A stretch of 64,000 nucleotides of DNA from Camelus dromedarius (GCF_036321535.1 NC_087438.1:7938001-8002000); one strand, 5' to 3'. Positions 1-13,995 are shown, counted from the first letter of the stretch. Notes: a model not told the origin generated them from the letters alone. Numbers and translations are program-made.

Positions 1-899
1 CTTATATTATAATGCTTTTTCAACACACACCTGTTTTCAAGAGTTCACTAACGTGCAGGAAGAACATGACACAAAAAACTCTGAGCATGAGAGGGGACCA
101 GAACATCCCTACTCCTTGCTGAACTCCGTTTTAGGTCTGCTGAAAAGTGACAAAGGAAGTCAAGGGCACAGTTCCTTGTTTTATTTAATTCATGCAAGCA
201 TGTCTAACCTAATTCCAGAGAAGTTTCTGAGGAGGGTCCTGGTGACAACGAAGTGAACGGATCCTTTGTCCTCTTACCCTCTACTCCACCCTCCAGAGCC
301 ATGGACTCTTTTTCTGCTCGTCTGTCTGGTTAAGTTTCTAAAACATGGACACGTTTGCCAGGGACAACGCTCTTAATGATTTGCAGCCAGTAATGCAAGG
401 GTGTGACAGTTCACAGCGGGGCCCCCAACCATAAGTGGGCGCTGGCGTAAACATCAAGGCGGCTGTGCCGGGCTGGGTCAGCTGACCGCCAGCCCCCCAC
501 GTGCAGATATATGGTCAAGGCTCAGCACACACCTGACACCATAGATGTTCAAAAGCATTTGAGAAACCAGCGACTAAGGAATGAATGAAGGGCCTGGACT
601 CACTGGAGTAAAAATTTCATCCTACTTAGGTAGAGACAAGAGTCTCAGAGGAGAGGAAAGAGACTAGCACATAAGAGAAATGGAGGATTGGATGACCTTG
701 AGGTTAAATCGAGTTCAGTGTGCTGGATTCCTAAAGCCTGCAGGCGCCGACAGGATCCCAGCTTTCATAGCTCGCTCTGGCAGATGAGCGCGGCTGCTGC
801 TGAAGATGAAAACGACTTTCAGGCTCTTGGAGGTGAATCCATTTGCCTCATTTTACCTCTGCAGCAGGCAGTGGAGTCAGCTTTGGCTAGATCTGCATC

Positions 900-1720
900 T
901 TGATGCTCTGTTGAAAAGGAAGTCGGCACGCCCGGGTCCCGCCAGTGTGGGCATTTGGAAGGTTCTGTTACTGCAGCCTGGCCTGCAGCGGCGCCCCCTT
1001 CCCGTCGGAACGCTCTCCTACGTGCTCCCTTCCAGTCTCCTCTTCTAGAGTGGTACTTGGCCAAGGTGCTTGCTGTTTTTCCCTCACACTGCACCCATCA
1101 TCTAGTTATTCCATCCATAGTTATCAGCATGGCGACCCCAGTGACCGTGAGCTTCAGCGAGCCTAAATGCTTTGACCACTTGTTTTTCTTTGAAAAAGGT
1201 GAAATTCATGTCCGAAGTTCAGCCATGCACGGTAAGAGCCTACCTCTGGCGAGGCAGAACGACACACCCGCTGAAGTAGCAACAGCCACTGTCACCCTGC
1301 ATCCTTCCCGCTCCGACGGCTCGGATGGTGTCGGAGCAGAAGACGGCGTTTCTTCTAGGAGGGGCGGCAGAGAGTGTCTGGGCCACCCGCTCATGCGGAT
1401 GAAGAAACAGTGGGTGCAAACCTTGGTTCTTCTCAAAAGGGGGAGAGTAAGTGTAGTAAGTACGAGCGTCGTTCCTACAGCCAAAGCTTCGCCGGGAAGG
1501 GAAGCTTGCTGACGTTCGGAAGAGTTCATCTGCCTCTGGCTGTTTCCTAATGGGGCTCACAGAGAAGCTCCGGATGTTACGCAGGTGCAGGTGATGGGTG
1601 GCGCCCAGCACCTGTCGGAGCAGCGCTGAGGGCAACGGGGTAGCCGGCCGTCAGTTCCTTCATTTCGGCTTCCGATGTCACACGAAGCACAGGGCGTGCC
1701 GTGAGGGCGATGTCGTGGGA
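900..1720. promoter_or_regulatory. Intronic CpG-rich, CpG-island-like segment
   Basis: About 35 CpGs in 1241-1720 by hand count, on a GC-rich background. The flanks are CpG-depleted. Confidence 0.45.
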
Positions 1721-2716
1721 CAAAGGCATTGCTGCCAGCTCCTTTCTAACTGAAGCTGTCCATCACCTCAACCTTTTGCATGTGGCTGAGTTTCTTTGGC
1801 AATGAGATAAGCCACCGCAGAGAATGCTTGTAGACAAGGGTTTTGTGTTGGAGAAAATCCAAATTTTAGTAAAATCTAGTTCTTTCACATTATGAAGTGG
1901 AATAGGTATACAGCAGGATGTTCTTTGACTTGTGCTGGCCTCACATATCCATCGGCAAGGTCTTAATGCACAAAAGCACCATGGTGTTTGTTTTCCATCA
2001 CACACATTGAGTCCTTTCTCTTCCAGGCACATCCGATTTAAACGCAATCCATGAAAATAAGGACAAGTGTTCTTAAACTGTCATGGCAGAGTATGTTTTC
2101 AGCTATTTAACTCCCCTCCAAACTATCCTACACATCATATGTGCATAGTAATAGCTTTATCTTCCCTGACCATGTCACCCCACGTTAGTTCAGTGTGAAA
2201 CATTATTATAACACTGCAACCCTTAACAACTTAATTCTCACGCATAAAGCCAGTCCTCCACTTAAAGACAAAACAAGAGAAAATGGGGGTCTAGTTCTAA
2301 TTTAGCTAAGAGTACGAAGAGATGTGATAATCATCTTGAAGGGTTTAAATCACAGAAACTATCCTGGGAGTCTTGACCCAAGAATGAACAAATATTTACG
2401 ACTCTAGCTTCTGCCATGTATTTTCTTAAATGAACAAGCTCACATATGTTCAACAGCACAGCCACAAGGAAATATTAGAGTCAAGACAGAAGGTTGGTGG
2501 AATCATGGATAATTAAAAGATCCTTTTTCGACAGTCAACTTTGCAATCCACTTGCCAAATACTTGCTGGAAGGGGTACTTTGATGCGCCAAAAGGCAAAT
2601 ATCACGTAGACCAGTGATTTGTACACAATCAAGAAGAGCCATTTGAAATGCCACGTTGAGGCCCTGACACCCTTCGGCCTCCAACAAGTAAAACTGCACA
2701 TTTAAAAAGTGAGGGA

Positions 2717-3001
2717 TGGGGAGGGGAAGGGACAAACTGGGAGTCCAAGATTTGTAAATACTAACTATTATATATGAAAATAGATTAAAAACAGATTTCT
2801 TCTGTACAGCACAGGGAACTGTATTCAATATCTTGTACTAACCTATAATGAAAAAGAATATGAAGACGAATATATATGTATGTATATGCATGACGGACAC
2901 ATGATGCTCTACACCAGAAACTGACACATTGTAACTGACGGCACTTCAGCAACACAAAGAAGAACAGCACTAAGAATATTAGAAAAAAAATAAAGTAAAA
3001 T
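2717..3001 (+). mobile_element. 5'-truncated L1 3' end (cetartiodactyl/camelid type) with TSD
   Basis: Contains the L1 3' UTR motif ctgtacagcacagggaactgtattcaatatcttgta and an A-rich tail. TSD aaaaagtgaggga at 2704-2716 and 3002-3014, at a TT/AAAA site. Confidence 0.85.
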
Positions 3002-3687
3002 AAAAAGTGAGGGACATAGCCGATGACTGATGTTTCCTACGTCCATCCATATTCCAAGAAAGGTCCGCGCGAAAGGCCTCACATGTTCCCATTCACTCAT
3101 GGCTCTGGGAGGTAGTTACTATAATTATGTCAGTTTCACAAAACTCGAAGGTTCCGCGCTCATGGAAAGGCTTTCTCTCACGACCACTTTTGAAAAATTC
3201 CTTAATATGTAATATTACATAACCTGGGGGCTTCTACTAGGCATACATATTTTATTCAAGAAATTAACTGTCACATACAATAAGCTCTCTGCTGTTAACC
3301 GCACTAGAAACCAGAACACATACCTTATGACCCGTAACTCACATGCCTTTTCCTTTCTTCAGTTATTACTAACGTCATTCTGATGATGAGCCGCGGGTAT
3401 TGTAAGATGTCAACTACTTCTAAATCAGACGACAAAGACTGAAATAGGGTCATAGAATTTTAGGACGGTTCTGTTAATTGCATTCTAACTATTTAAATGA
3501 CCAGCCTACCAGTGTGACACCTGGTACCCTCTGACCCACTTTTGTTATCGGCCAACACGCCTTGGGACTGCTTGTGCTCTCCGCCCTCGGAGATGCCCAG
3601 CACCGTGATACCCGGTTAGCACCTTGCTGCAGTGATGATGGAAAATTTATCTAGAGTCAGTCCTGCCGTTAAGGAAAAGGGCCTCTA

Positions 3688-3954
<267 letters not shown>

Positions 3955-4512
3955 TTAAACCCAGACAGGTTTTCCACGTGAAGGAGTTGCTACAATTAAT
4001 TGCACTGAATTGAACGAAGACCTTTGACAAAGGGCAAAGAAAACAAACTGTGGTTCTCTTCAGATTTTAGTGCTTTTACTTGTTTTAACAGCCTACTGAT
4101 AACAATTCAAATGCCTTTCGTTTAAAGCTGCAGAATTCTGGAAAGGTGATTTCCACCTCCCATCGGGTGTCTCAGCCACTTCTCTCTATAAAAATACACC
4201 ACATACTCATGGCATGAAGGCAACGGAGAGGCAAAAATGCTGCTCGCTCCTAAGACTTATTAAATGTAACCACCGTCTTAAAAGGCTGCAGGATGGATGT
4301 ACAAAATGTGAAAATTATGCTTACTAGGGAAATGCTCCCAACCTTTCAAAGGAACCAGAAGCTACACGAGAAACCAGAAGTGACAGAGGCTTTTCATCTG
4401 AGAAGATCTGGAAAATAAGAACATCATTCACCATGACAGCTGGTCAGAACCCTGAGACCGAGGTATGCTGCACTTAACAGGGGTATTTGATTAATAATAA
4501 CACAATAATACT

Positions 4513-4967
4513 AAATTCTGGTGTTCTTTTTTTCATTTTTCAGTTTTATTAGGTAGAATTGTCACAATTTGACAGCACACATATAATATATTACATGTAA
4601 ATACATATACACAATATCCTGAACATATTTTTAAAATTTACATGTATATACTGTTCATTGTTTCTAAGGACGTTTAGAGCTTTAGCTTTTTAAACTTACA
4701 TAGTTATCAAAGGAATAAAGCCAACCCCAAATAAGAATTAGTTCAAAAAGATACATACACCCCGCTATTAACAGCAACGTTCTTTTTAATTGCCAAGATA
4801 TGGAAGCATCCTAAGTGCACATCAATAGATGAATGGATAAAGAAGATGCAGCATATATATGTGATGGGATTCAACTCACCCTTAAGAAATGACATTTTGC
4901 CATTTGCAGCCCTTCATTCACTTTTTTTCTTTTCACTTCAAGACCCAGAAATTCTGGTATTCTTTTT
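4513..4967 (-). mobile_element. L1-mediated (TPRT) insertion with poly(A), carrying an oppositely oriented L1 fragment
   Basis: TSD aaattctggt(g/a)ttcttttt at 4513-4531 and 4949-4967. Minus-strand AATAAA and A-tail at the left end. Plus-strand L1 sequence at ~4745-4910. Confidence 0.75.
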
Positions 4968-5369
4968 ACCCAACGAGAACGTGGGTGTTTTACAAATAAG
5001 TAAGTGAAGAAAAAAAAACTTGCAGTATGTTTCTAGATGTGTGTTCTTCTTGCTGTCCTTTAATTTTTAGATTATTTCAAAAATTTAAACTGCAAACAAA
5101 CTGTCTAGTTACATACAGGCCATTTCATGGGAGTTTTCATTAGCAGAGTTGTATTTGAATATTTCTGCATTTATTTGGAAAAATAATAGAATTCACGCAG
5201 TAATATTCCTTTCTTTAACTTCAGTGTCCCTCAGGGATTGAAGAATTGTAATTTGGCATGAATGAGTATAATATGGCACCTTCCCTGCTTAGTTTTTTTA
5301 TTACAGAAAACTCATTCATCTCACAGATATGCAGGGGCATATGGCTAAATCCCCGGATTCTTTCAAAAG

Positions 5370-5670
5370 TGCTCAGATGCCGCGTTCTCTATGTGGCTAC
5401 TCTGACCACACTGTTTAAAATTGCCATCTGAACCCCACCCACTCCCCAACCCAGCATTCTGGCATTGCCTTTATCTGTTATAGCATCCTTCAGAGCAATT
5501 ATTCTGTCCTGACTTCTTTATTATGTTTCTTGTTATTGTCTGTCTTCTGCTAGAACGTATGTTCTTTGAGGGCAAGTCTCCTGGTTTGTTCCCTAATAGA
5601 TCCCCATTCCTGTTCCAAGAGCAATGCCAGGTACACAGTAGATGCTCAATAGATATTTGGTGAGTAAATG
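5370..5670 (+). mobile_element. L2 3' end fragment
   Basis: Ends in cacagtagatgctcaatagatatttggtgagtaaatg, typical of the L2 3' terminus. Confidence 0.6.
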
Positions 5671-7664
5671 GTGGGGGAGTGCGTTACTCGTTACAGCAGT
5701 ATTTCTTCCTCAGGTTAGCTAACATCACCTTTTCAAGACTGAGTACTACCCCTCTTCAAAGGGGGAAAAACGCCTTCTGTGAACATCTACCATCTCCAAG
5801 GGGCTACGACAGATCTTCTGGCACCAGCTGACAAGAAAAAAAAAGGGGCACATGCACCACTCACTCAAGGTGGACCATCTCATGACTCAGAGTATGCCTG
5901 GAGGAATTATTTCCATCTGTCAACCAAATGAAAGCAGGAGAAGTTGGAATCCTCACAGAACTCATGGGCTCTACGTCCCTCATTTAGAAAACACAAATGT
6001 GGTATTGCACCTGCGGTGAGATCAGGACCAGGGACAGAGGAGAGGAGCCTCCCCCCACTACAAAAGGGGGACAGGGTTGGGAAGCAAGTCCCTGAGGTGC
6101 CCACACCGCCTGCGGTGCCAACAGCACCAGTGGAAGGTGGCTTAAGGCATTGTTGGGTCAATCAGAAAAAGCTAAGAAAGGATCAGAAAACAACTTCTTC
6201 CCAACTTACAGTTTTACCGAGGGCCTGATTGGTACCCACCCAAGAGAGATGAAGTCTCTTGCTAGACACAGTCCCGTACGTACATCTGAGCTATAACACA
6301 TTCGCTTTATTTCCCTGCACAAAAAGGTTAAACTATGAATGCCATTTTCTCTGTGTGTGTATAATCACACATATGTGCTTTGCTTTAAAAATTATCTAGG
6401 TTTAATTATTTTAGTAATGATGAAACTACTATAAAAGAGGTAATAAAGCTATTCTTATAGTTAACCGACTGGCTATGTATTAAAAGTAAATGGTATAGTA
6501 AATCTACCTCTCTCTTTCCACTTTAGCTGCTCTGTATAGTATAGTTAATATTCCTAATCTATGATAATATATTTCCCATTCACACAACTTAGTGACTTAA
6601 GCTATTAAAATATTATTCCAAAGCTTTAAAAGGGAAAATGAATTCAAAATGAAGGCAGTATCAGTTAATGATATAATGAGAAAATGATGTTTTCAGTGTG
6701 ACCCTAATTAATGCCATATATCCAAATTTATAATGAAATCTTAAATTCTATTTTAATCTAGAGTAACTCAAACAAGATGATAAACTTTTTCATTTGCTCT
6801 TATTTTGGGCGTCACTAGATCGCCAATACAAAAAATAACCTTTTGTTTTCTTGAGGTTGAATTTTATCTAAGAATATGAGAATCCTACACATTTCCTGAA
6901 GGCAAACATCATCCGAGCTGACATTCACAGATGTGAAATGTGATGTTCAGGTCCTTGGTTCTTCCTCCCACAGCCTCCCCACTCCCAACGGGATCAGAGA
7001 GAAAGTTATAGGGTAGACTTTCAGTTCTCTTGCAGGGTTGTTATTCCTTGCAGGGCTCTGGGTGGCAATGGATGGGTCCCCACACTGCCCTCTTCACTTC
7101 CCCTCTGCTTTTCTCCCGGACCCTCCTCCCTTCAACTTCTTCTTGCACCCAATTCTTCTGATTTCTTCTTGTATCCAACTTTAGACTCTTGTAAGGCTCC
7201 AAGCAAACTCATTTTAAACACTCATAAAGCACAACTCTCTTTGAAAGACAATCAGGGGAAACTCTCTTCTTTGACATGGTACCTATACTTCCTCTCCTGC
7301 TAAATGGCAAGCGACCTATTTTCCATTTATCCTCCCCATCAATTGCTCCACATCCAACAGCGGGACCCCTGTTTTAGCCCCTACACTATCATTTCAGGCC
7401 AATGAACCCTCTTCCCTTACCCCCTTTACCAGTTCATGCAGAATTCTTCAAAAGTCAAGTCTTAAAAGATTCTAGGTTTAATATTATTGAAACAAAGTCA
7501 ATAAAATACTATATAATGTTATAGCCAATATATATAATACCACAAAATAAAACCCACTAGAAGCATGGCTGTCACAGGGCAGTAAGTTCATGCATATTCA
7601 TCAGAGGAAGGGAAGGATGGTGCAGTGCTGATCATGTGTTAGTTTCCTTCGCTCTCTCTTTTAA

Positions 7665-8550
7665 AAAATACTTCACATGGATATTATTTTTTTAGAGCAG
7701 TTTTACATTCACAGCAAAATGGAGCAGGAAGTACAGAGGGTTCCCAAATGCCACTGTCCTCACACATGCACAGCCTCCTCCATTATCAACATTCCCCCCA
7801 GGGCTGTACCTGTGTTACAATCCGTGAATCTACACCGACGCCATTATCACCAGATATAGAGTTTACATTAGGGTTCACCCTTGGGTGTTGTACATTCTGT
7901 GAGTCTTGATAAATGCGTGATGAAGTGTATCCACCATTACAGCATCACACAGAAGAATTTCACTGCCCTAAAAACCCTCTATGCTCTGCCTGTTCACCTC
8001 CCTCCCCCAGTCCCTAACTCCTGGAAACCACTCATCTTTTCACAATCTCCACGGTTTTGCCTTTTCCTGAATGTCACATAGTTGGAATCATCCAGTAAGT
8101 AGCGTTTTCAGATTGGCTTCTTTCACCTAGTAATGTGCATTTAAGATTCCTCCATGTCTTTTCGTGGCTTGGAAGCTTGTTTCTTTTTAGTGCCGGATAA
8201 TCTTCCATTGTCTAGAGGTAACATAGTGTATTTATCCATTCACCTACTAAAACACATCTTGGTTGCTTCCAAGTTTTGGCAGTTAGGAAGAAAGCTACTG
8301 GAAGCATCCTTGTGCAGGTTTTTGTGTGGACATAAGTTTCCAACTTCTTTGGGGAAATACCAAGGACAGCTATTGCTGGATTGTGCAGTGAGAGTATGTT
8401 TAGTTTTGCAAGAAACCGCCAACCTGTCTTCCAAAGTAGTGGTACCTTTTTGCACTCCCACCGGCAGTCCACATCCTCACCATCATTTCGTGGCGCCTGT
8501 GTTCTGGATTTTGGCCTTTCTGATAGATTGCAGTGGTAACTTATTGTTGG
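7665..8550 (-). mobile_element. Old L1 3' end (L1MC1-like)
   Basis: ttttagagcagttttacattcacagcaaaat...gtttacattagggttcacccttgggtgttgtacattc matches the recalled L1MC 3' UTR. An ORF2 C-terminal remnant (KTYVHTKTCT-like) is on the minus strand. Confidence 0.8.
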
Positions 8551-9256
8551 GTCTGCTTCTTTCTTAAGACTGATTGCGTGAACCCAATTTATTTACATTA
8601 ATACAGATGACTGAATAAAAACTGTCGACACTGAACTACATAGAGGGAAGCGATAGCTTGAATTCGGTCTGGACTGAACAAATCTTCTATCTGCTAGTTT
8701 CCTGAACTTGCTAGGGAATGACTGGAGAGGGCATTTCACACATAACCTGAATAGACAGTCTTAAATTCACTTATTAAACGACTCTTTAATATACGATCCA
8801 GTGTAGTTCCTACGTCAACAGCTCACGTTTATTTTTCTGCTTAGCTCTGAACTTCAGGAATTTAGGAGAGAGCAGTCTATAAAAAGTAAGGAGGATGGAA
8901 GCTGATGAACCCTATACCCAGCAGAAATAAAAATATACCAACCAATCAAACAAAGCAAAACTCCCCCTGCTGCCTGTCCTTTTAGGTGGTTTACAAAGAG
9001 GACATCCTTAAACCTGATGTAGACAGTCTCTTGGGGATGAAAGCTGGGATGTATGTGTGAAGAATCACTAAAACTTACCCAGTTTTCACCAGGGAAGAAT
9101 GAAAACGGCTTATATATCTCAGCCATTACAATCCACTGTTTAAAAGAATGTTTACAGAATTTTTACAATTTAAACTCTAGAACTAAAATTATCTAAAAAT
9201 CATTCTGGAGTAGGATGCAATGGTTTTCCTCCTTGCCCTTTCATGACAAGGCAGAA

Positions 9257-9284
9257 TATATATATATAGATAGATATATATCTA

Positions 9285-9328
<44 letters not shown>

Positions 9329-9330
9329 CA
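9257..9330. repeat. Compound (TA)n/(TATC)n microsatellite
   Basis: Directly visible tandem TATC units preceded by TA repeats. Confidence 0.9.
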
Positions 9331-9402
9331 TCCCTTTTACATCAGAAAACAGATGGTTGGGCAATTAAATTAAATACAAGAAAAATGCAAGTAATGCAAT
9401 AT

Positions 9403-9816
9403 TGTTACGGAAACGACAGGCCAGCCAAGAAACAAGCACCACTCAGAGGGTTGGAGTACTCAGATGTATTACGCCGGCGGGCTCAGAGGGGCTTCTGCTC
9501 CGAAGCTCTGAGCACCTCCAAGACGTGCGTGTGAGGTTTTATAGGGTAAAGTACAAGCTTGGGGTATTTGGCCAATAGGCATGGAACAGCTTTAGCAGCA
9601 TCATTATCACAAAAGTGGAGGCAGGGAGGCAGCAAACCAATATTCCAAAGCCAGATATGTATCTTTGAAAACCCAGCTGGCTAGCAAAAAAACATAAACA
9701 GCAAACCAACACTAATTAACCTAGATTTACAAGTTAGTCCAGCAGAAGTCAGATCAGTATTCCGATACTTAGATTTGTGAGTTATCTTGTTAGCCCAGCC
9801 CGGCTTTTCCTTCACA
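9403..9816 (-). mobile_element. Young ERV1-type solo LTR (414 bp)
   Basis: TG...CA termini and a perfect 4-bp TSD ATAT (9399-9402, 9817-9820). Minus-strand TATAAAA at 9537-9543 and AATACA at 9465-9470. CpGs are retained. Confidence 0.85.
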
Positions 9817-10895
9817 ATATTACCCATTGCAAAAAATGGGGCCTCACCACTTAATGGATGTGGTACTCTCAGCATTATCTGTGTTTATTGAGAATAAAAT
9901 ATATTTGCCAAATGAACTAGCTATTATCATTAAATTGACATCAACATCAATGAATAATTTAGGACCTATCCAATTACAGCAATGTTTGTATGTTCATGAA
10001 AGTCTTCATAAAATTATAAAGATGAGGATGACGCATGTTGTGTTAAAAAATTACTTTAACAGGGACCAGAATTCCTCTTGGGAGGCACCTGCCTTCATTT
10101 AGGAAAATACTCTGAAAAGTTGCTTTGAGGCTAGCAGACCCTGAGAGCACCGGCTACTGCTCGCCCACTCTGCATTTGAAAGAGAGAAGAATTTGGAGCC
10201 CGGCTTGAAAGAGAGAAGAGGCTGCAGCAGCTGTTTGTTGACCTCTCGCGGGTGAGACAAGGACCTCAGAGAGCTCCCTGGGTGTAGTGTCCCCACCTCT
10301 CTGGGGTCTGTTCCATTCAAAGCAAAACGGATACCTCTCTGTGCTTCTGGTTTCGTGTGAGAAAAGAAACTAGGCTGGACCTGAGATGCAAAGTAAATTT
10401 AAATAAGAGTCTGCAGGACTGAAAACATACAGTGCTTCTTCCTCTTGCTCTAGGCACTTAAGAACAATCAAGTCGCCGCGTCTGAGATCCCGTTTATAGA
10501 AGGGAGGCTGACTAACAAGAGGAACTACGGACTCAAGGATTTCAGTAAATTTCCGATTAACTGCTACTTTTCAATGGTGTTGGTAAAAAAAAAAATAGAT
10601 TTAGTTGCTTTCTGTTCCTTATTAATGTTTAAAAATTAAGTAAATTTCTCTGCTTAAAAAGCCACTGGAAGATACAGAGTCTGTGGATCTGAAACCAGAG
10701 GCTTAAGCAGAGCTGACTGAATCTCACTGTCAACTTTAATGTGGAAATTACAAAGTTATCATTTTGCCAAATACATATCTTACCTCACTGAACTCCATCC
10801 CTCGTCCTTATAGTCAAGCCAGTTAAACAATCAGGGCTTCCAGTATCATCTGCACTGATGTATGTACATGTAGTTGCCTCTGAGTAAAATAGAAC

Positions 10896-11252
10896 TGTTT
10901 AACAGAGCAAGACCCTATAGGGCCTTCCCCGGACAGAATCCCCCCACCCCATCCTCTGCTGGAGCTCCTCTCCGAGGTACCCAGATAATAGTATCTGAGG
11001 CACATTTCCTGAGTTGTTTTACAGATGCAAAACCTACCACCAAATGGAAGAAATTAACTACTTGATGACCATGAGCACGTAGCCCCCAGACCTACTGGTT
11101 CCTAAGGATTGATGCTGTTAGCCTTTACCACCTCCCCATCAACCAGAGAATTGTGCACGAGCTGATCACATACCCTGGGACTCCCCCTCCCCCACCTCGC
11201 CTTTAAAAATGCTTCCCTGAAACCTACCGGGGAGTTTAGGTGTTTTGAGCAC
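10896..11252 (+). mobile_element. 3'-truncated ERV1 LTR related to the LTRs at 36273 and 44135
   Basis: Shares the 5' motif gagcaagaccctatagggccttccccggacaga with those LTRs, and has a ctttaaaa TATA-like box. Confidence 0.65.
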
Positions 11253-13479
11253 CATGACCAGTGAAAGGCATACAATTCAGAGTTACAACTTCATAAATTT
11301 CATTTAGTGTGTAAACTGTGTATTACTGAATATTTCATCAATCCAATCTGGCATCTAACTAATGAGATGATATAAGGGATATATTTATTCTAGAATGAAC
11401 TGTATGAATTGTATCGATCATTTAAAAAATAATATCTAAATGTGCCGCATCGATATTGCACCCATGAGATGTTTTGCTGGATACATTTCCAAGGCAAGTA
11501 CAGTGAATTAATTAAGCTATATTTTAAAAAGAACAGAAATGCAATGATTTTTCTTGTTATAGTAACTTAATTGACCAGAAAAAAGGCATTCAAATTAATT
11601 TTGAGGTGATTCTAGTTCTTAGAAAAAGGATTTTTCCCCCCCGAAACAGAATTTGTAAGCAAAAAGAGGGAGAAGGACCATGTTTTGATTTTGTTCACAA
11701 ATTAACTTCTAATAAACAGATGAAAAACTGCAACTGGTAGCAAAAGATACAACCAGGAACACACCAAAAGGTCTCAGAAGGTTCTAGTTACATGGAGATT
11801 TCCCAGGTGCTACTCTTTCGCTGTGACAGGATGTGTAAGGGTTTGGCTTTGTCTCTGTGTCCAGTAGAATGCTCACTGGCTTTTGAAACTGACATGGAAA
11901 GAATTTCAAAAGTCTATAAACACATTATTCTTCCTCTTTGATTTCCCTTATTTTTCTAATCCAAAGGTCTCGGATTCCTAGAATCTTTGTCACCCTGGAC
12001 AGATTTCCAAATCCAGCTCCCACCCCACTGCCCACTGAACATGTCCTCAGCTGGTACTGAAGCCATGGCAGAGGTAACCACATAAACATAGAGCAAAATG
12101 AACATCTTGAAAGGGGAGAATCTGAACATTTTCTTCTTTTTTTTAACTATCCTCGATTTAAGAGAGGTAGCTGGTATGTTCTAGTTCTGTATTAGTAGCA
12201 GGTTCCTGTCCATGACTCTGGTTAAAGAAAACCAGTTCTCGTGTAAATCTCTGAAATGATCTATTTTACAGTAGTTTGAACTTCCACATTCTCATCACCC
12301 TCATGATCTGATCATTTAAAAAGATAAAAGTACGAGGGGAAAAGCCCTTTATTTTGGTCTGAATGTGAATTGTCGTTCCACTCGGCGATGCATTTCACAA
12401 GACACCTTACAAGGAAAAACATACCTGAACCACTGCAAACAAATTACACCCACCACAGTCCTCGGCCCTTTCGATTCCCCGCATGTTAAGTGCGATCAAG
12501 CGCAGAGAAGTTTTCTCAACGTTCCCCCTTCTCAGAACGAAATACAGTCAATCTAAGTAGACAAAATGCAGGCAGCGGATTCTCTACTGAAAACCTTGCT
12601 GCCACCAGTGAAGCGGGCAGGAGGTGGAAAGGGGCCTCAGAGCTGCCCACCTGGGGGCTGGGCGCTCACACCCTCCACAAGCCCTCCTTGGCGCTCAGAA
12701 CTGCTGCGAGTTTCAACATTCCTCTGCTAGGGCACGCAGGGAAAGCCCCCTTGTCTCCTTTTTTTTAAAAAAGGAAGAATTACAAGTGTTTCCAAAATTC
12801 CTTTCCTAAAGATATCACTCAGACATACTCAACGTGTTCCCAATAAGCCTAATGGCTTCCATCACATGGCGTAAGTTTTGAACTGTCCTTGCAGATACAA
12901 AATGCAAACTCACTAAGTAGTGACCATTGCAAAGAACCCCTCCAATAAAAGCCTCCCTCACTGTGTTCCAAACTGAGCCCAACCCAACATAGTGTGAGTG
13001 GCAAAGCAAAATTCATGTATTGTTCAGCATCTCATAAGACAGCTTTAGAGGAACACACACAAATTTTGCAAACACAAACCTGTGTAAGGCAGATGTATAA
13101 CTATTTGAAAAGTATTAAAACATCTCAGAACGTGCATGTAGGAAATCCACAAATTTCACCCCCGAAGCTTTCACTGTTGCACAGATTAGACAGTCCCCCA
13201 CGTGGCTGATGGTTATGGTGCCCAGTCTGTTCAGGTGCTGGGCTCAGAGGTGGGGGAGATGGACCAAGCCCTTCCCTTACAGAAATTAGGTAAAGAAATC
13301 AGCAAAGAAGCTAATACAATCATTTCAACAGAGAAGAAGAGAGGCAGCTTTACCTGAAGGAGGACCGAGCAATTTTCTAGCTATAATTTTGATCCTTAAA
13401 GAGGATTCATCAAATTGTACCAGTGTTAAGCCCCTCAATATCCAGATCTTCCCTGGTGATAAGAACCACAGAGAAGAAA

Positions 13480-13995
13480 TGAGAAGTTAGGAAAAGAGGA
13501 TAGAACATTCAGGAAGGTGCTGCATGGGGCTGGTCAGGAAACCATGATCAGGGAACATCTGAGCAGAGACCAGGCACATGAGGGAGTGATGGAGGGGCCC
13601 GAAGAGGGGCAAGGAGGCCAGCGTGGCTGGGGCACAGTGAAGGGGAGATGAGATGGGGTGACGACAGGATGGTGCAGTCCTGCTCCTAGGGGCTTTTGGC
13701 TTCGATGAGGGCATTGGGTTTACTCCGAAGATGGGAATGAGAGTTGACCTAACACGCTGTTTTAAAGATGGCTGTACATGTCCCATGGGGAACAGAATGT
13801 AGGGGCCCAAAGGTAGATGACGGATGCCAGTTAGGGGCTGCCCAGATTGTCCCGGTGTGAGCAACCTGGTAGCTTTTGATCGGACTGATGGGAACGCAAG
13901 TGCTAAGAAATAGTCAAATTCCACATCTGTTTTGCAGGCAGGATGGAAAATATGGGGTCTGATGGAAAGAAAGGAATCACTAGTGACTAAGGGTT
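13480..13995 (-). mobile_element. L2 fragment
   Basis: Purine-rich L2 antisense motifs such as aaggaggccagcgtggctggggcacagtga and gcattgggtttactccgaagatgggaa. Confidence 0.6.

Noticed and set aside
955..1635. Overlapping ORFs of 107-185 aa as a novel gene or retrocopy
   Set aside because: No recognisable domain, poly(A) or TSD. Stop-poor GC-rich sequence explains ORFs on both strands.
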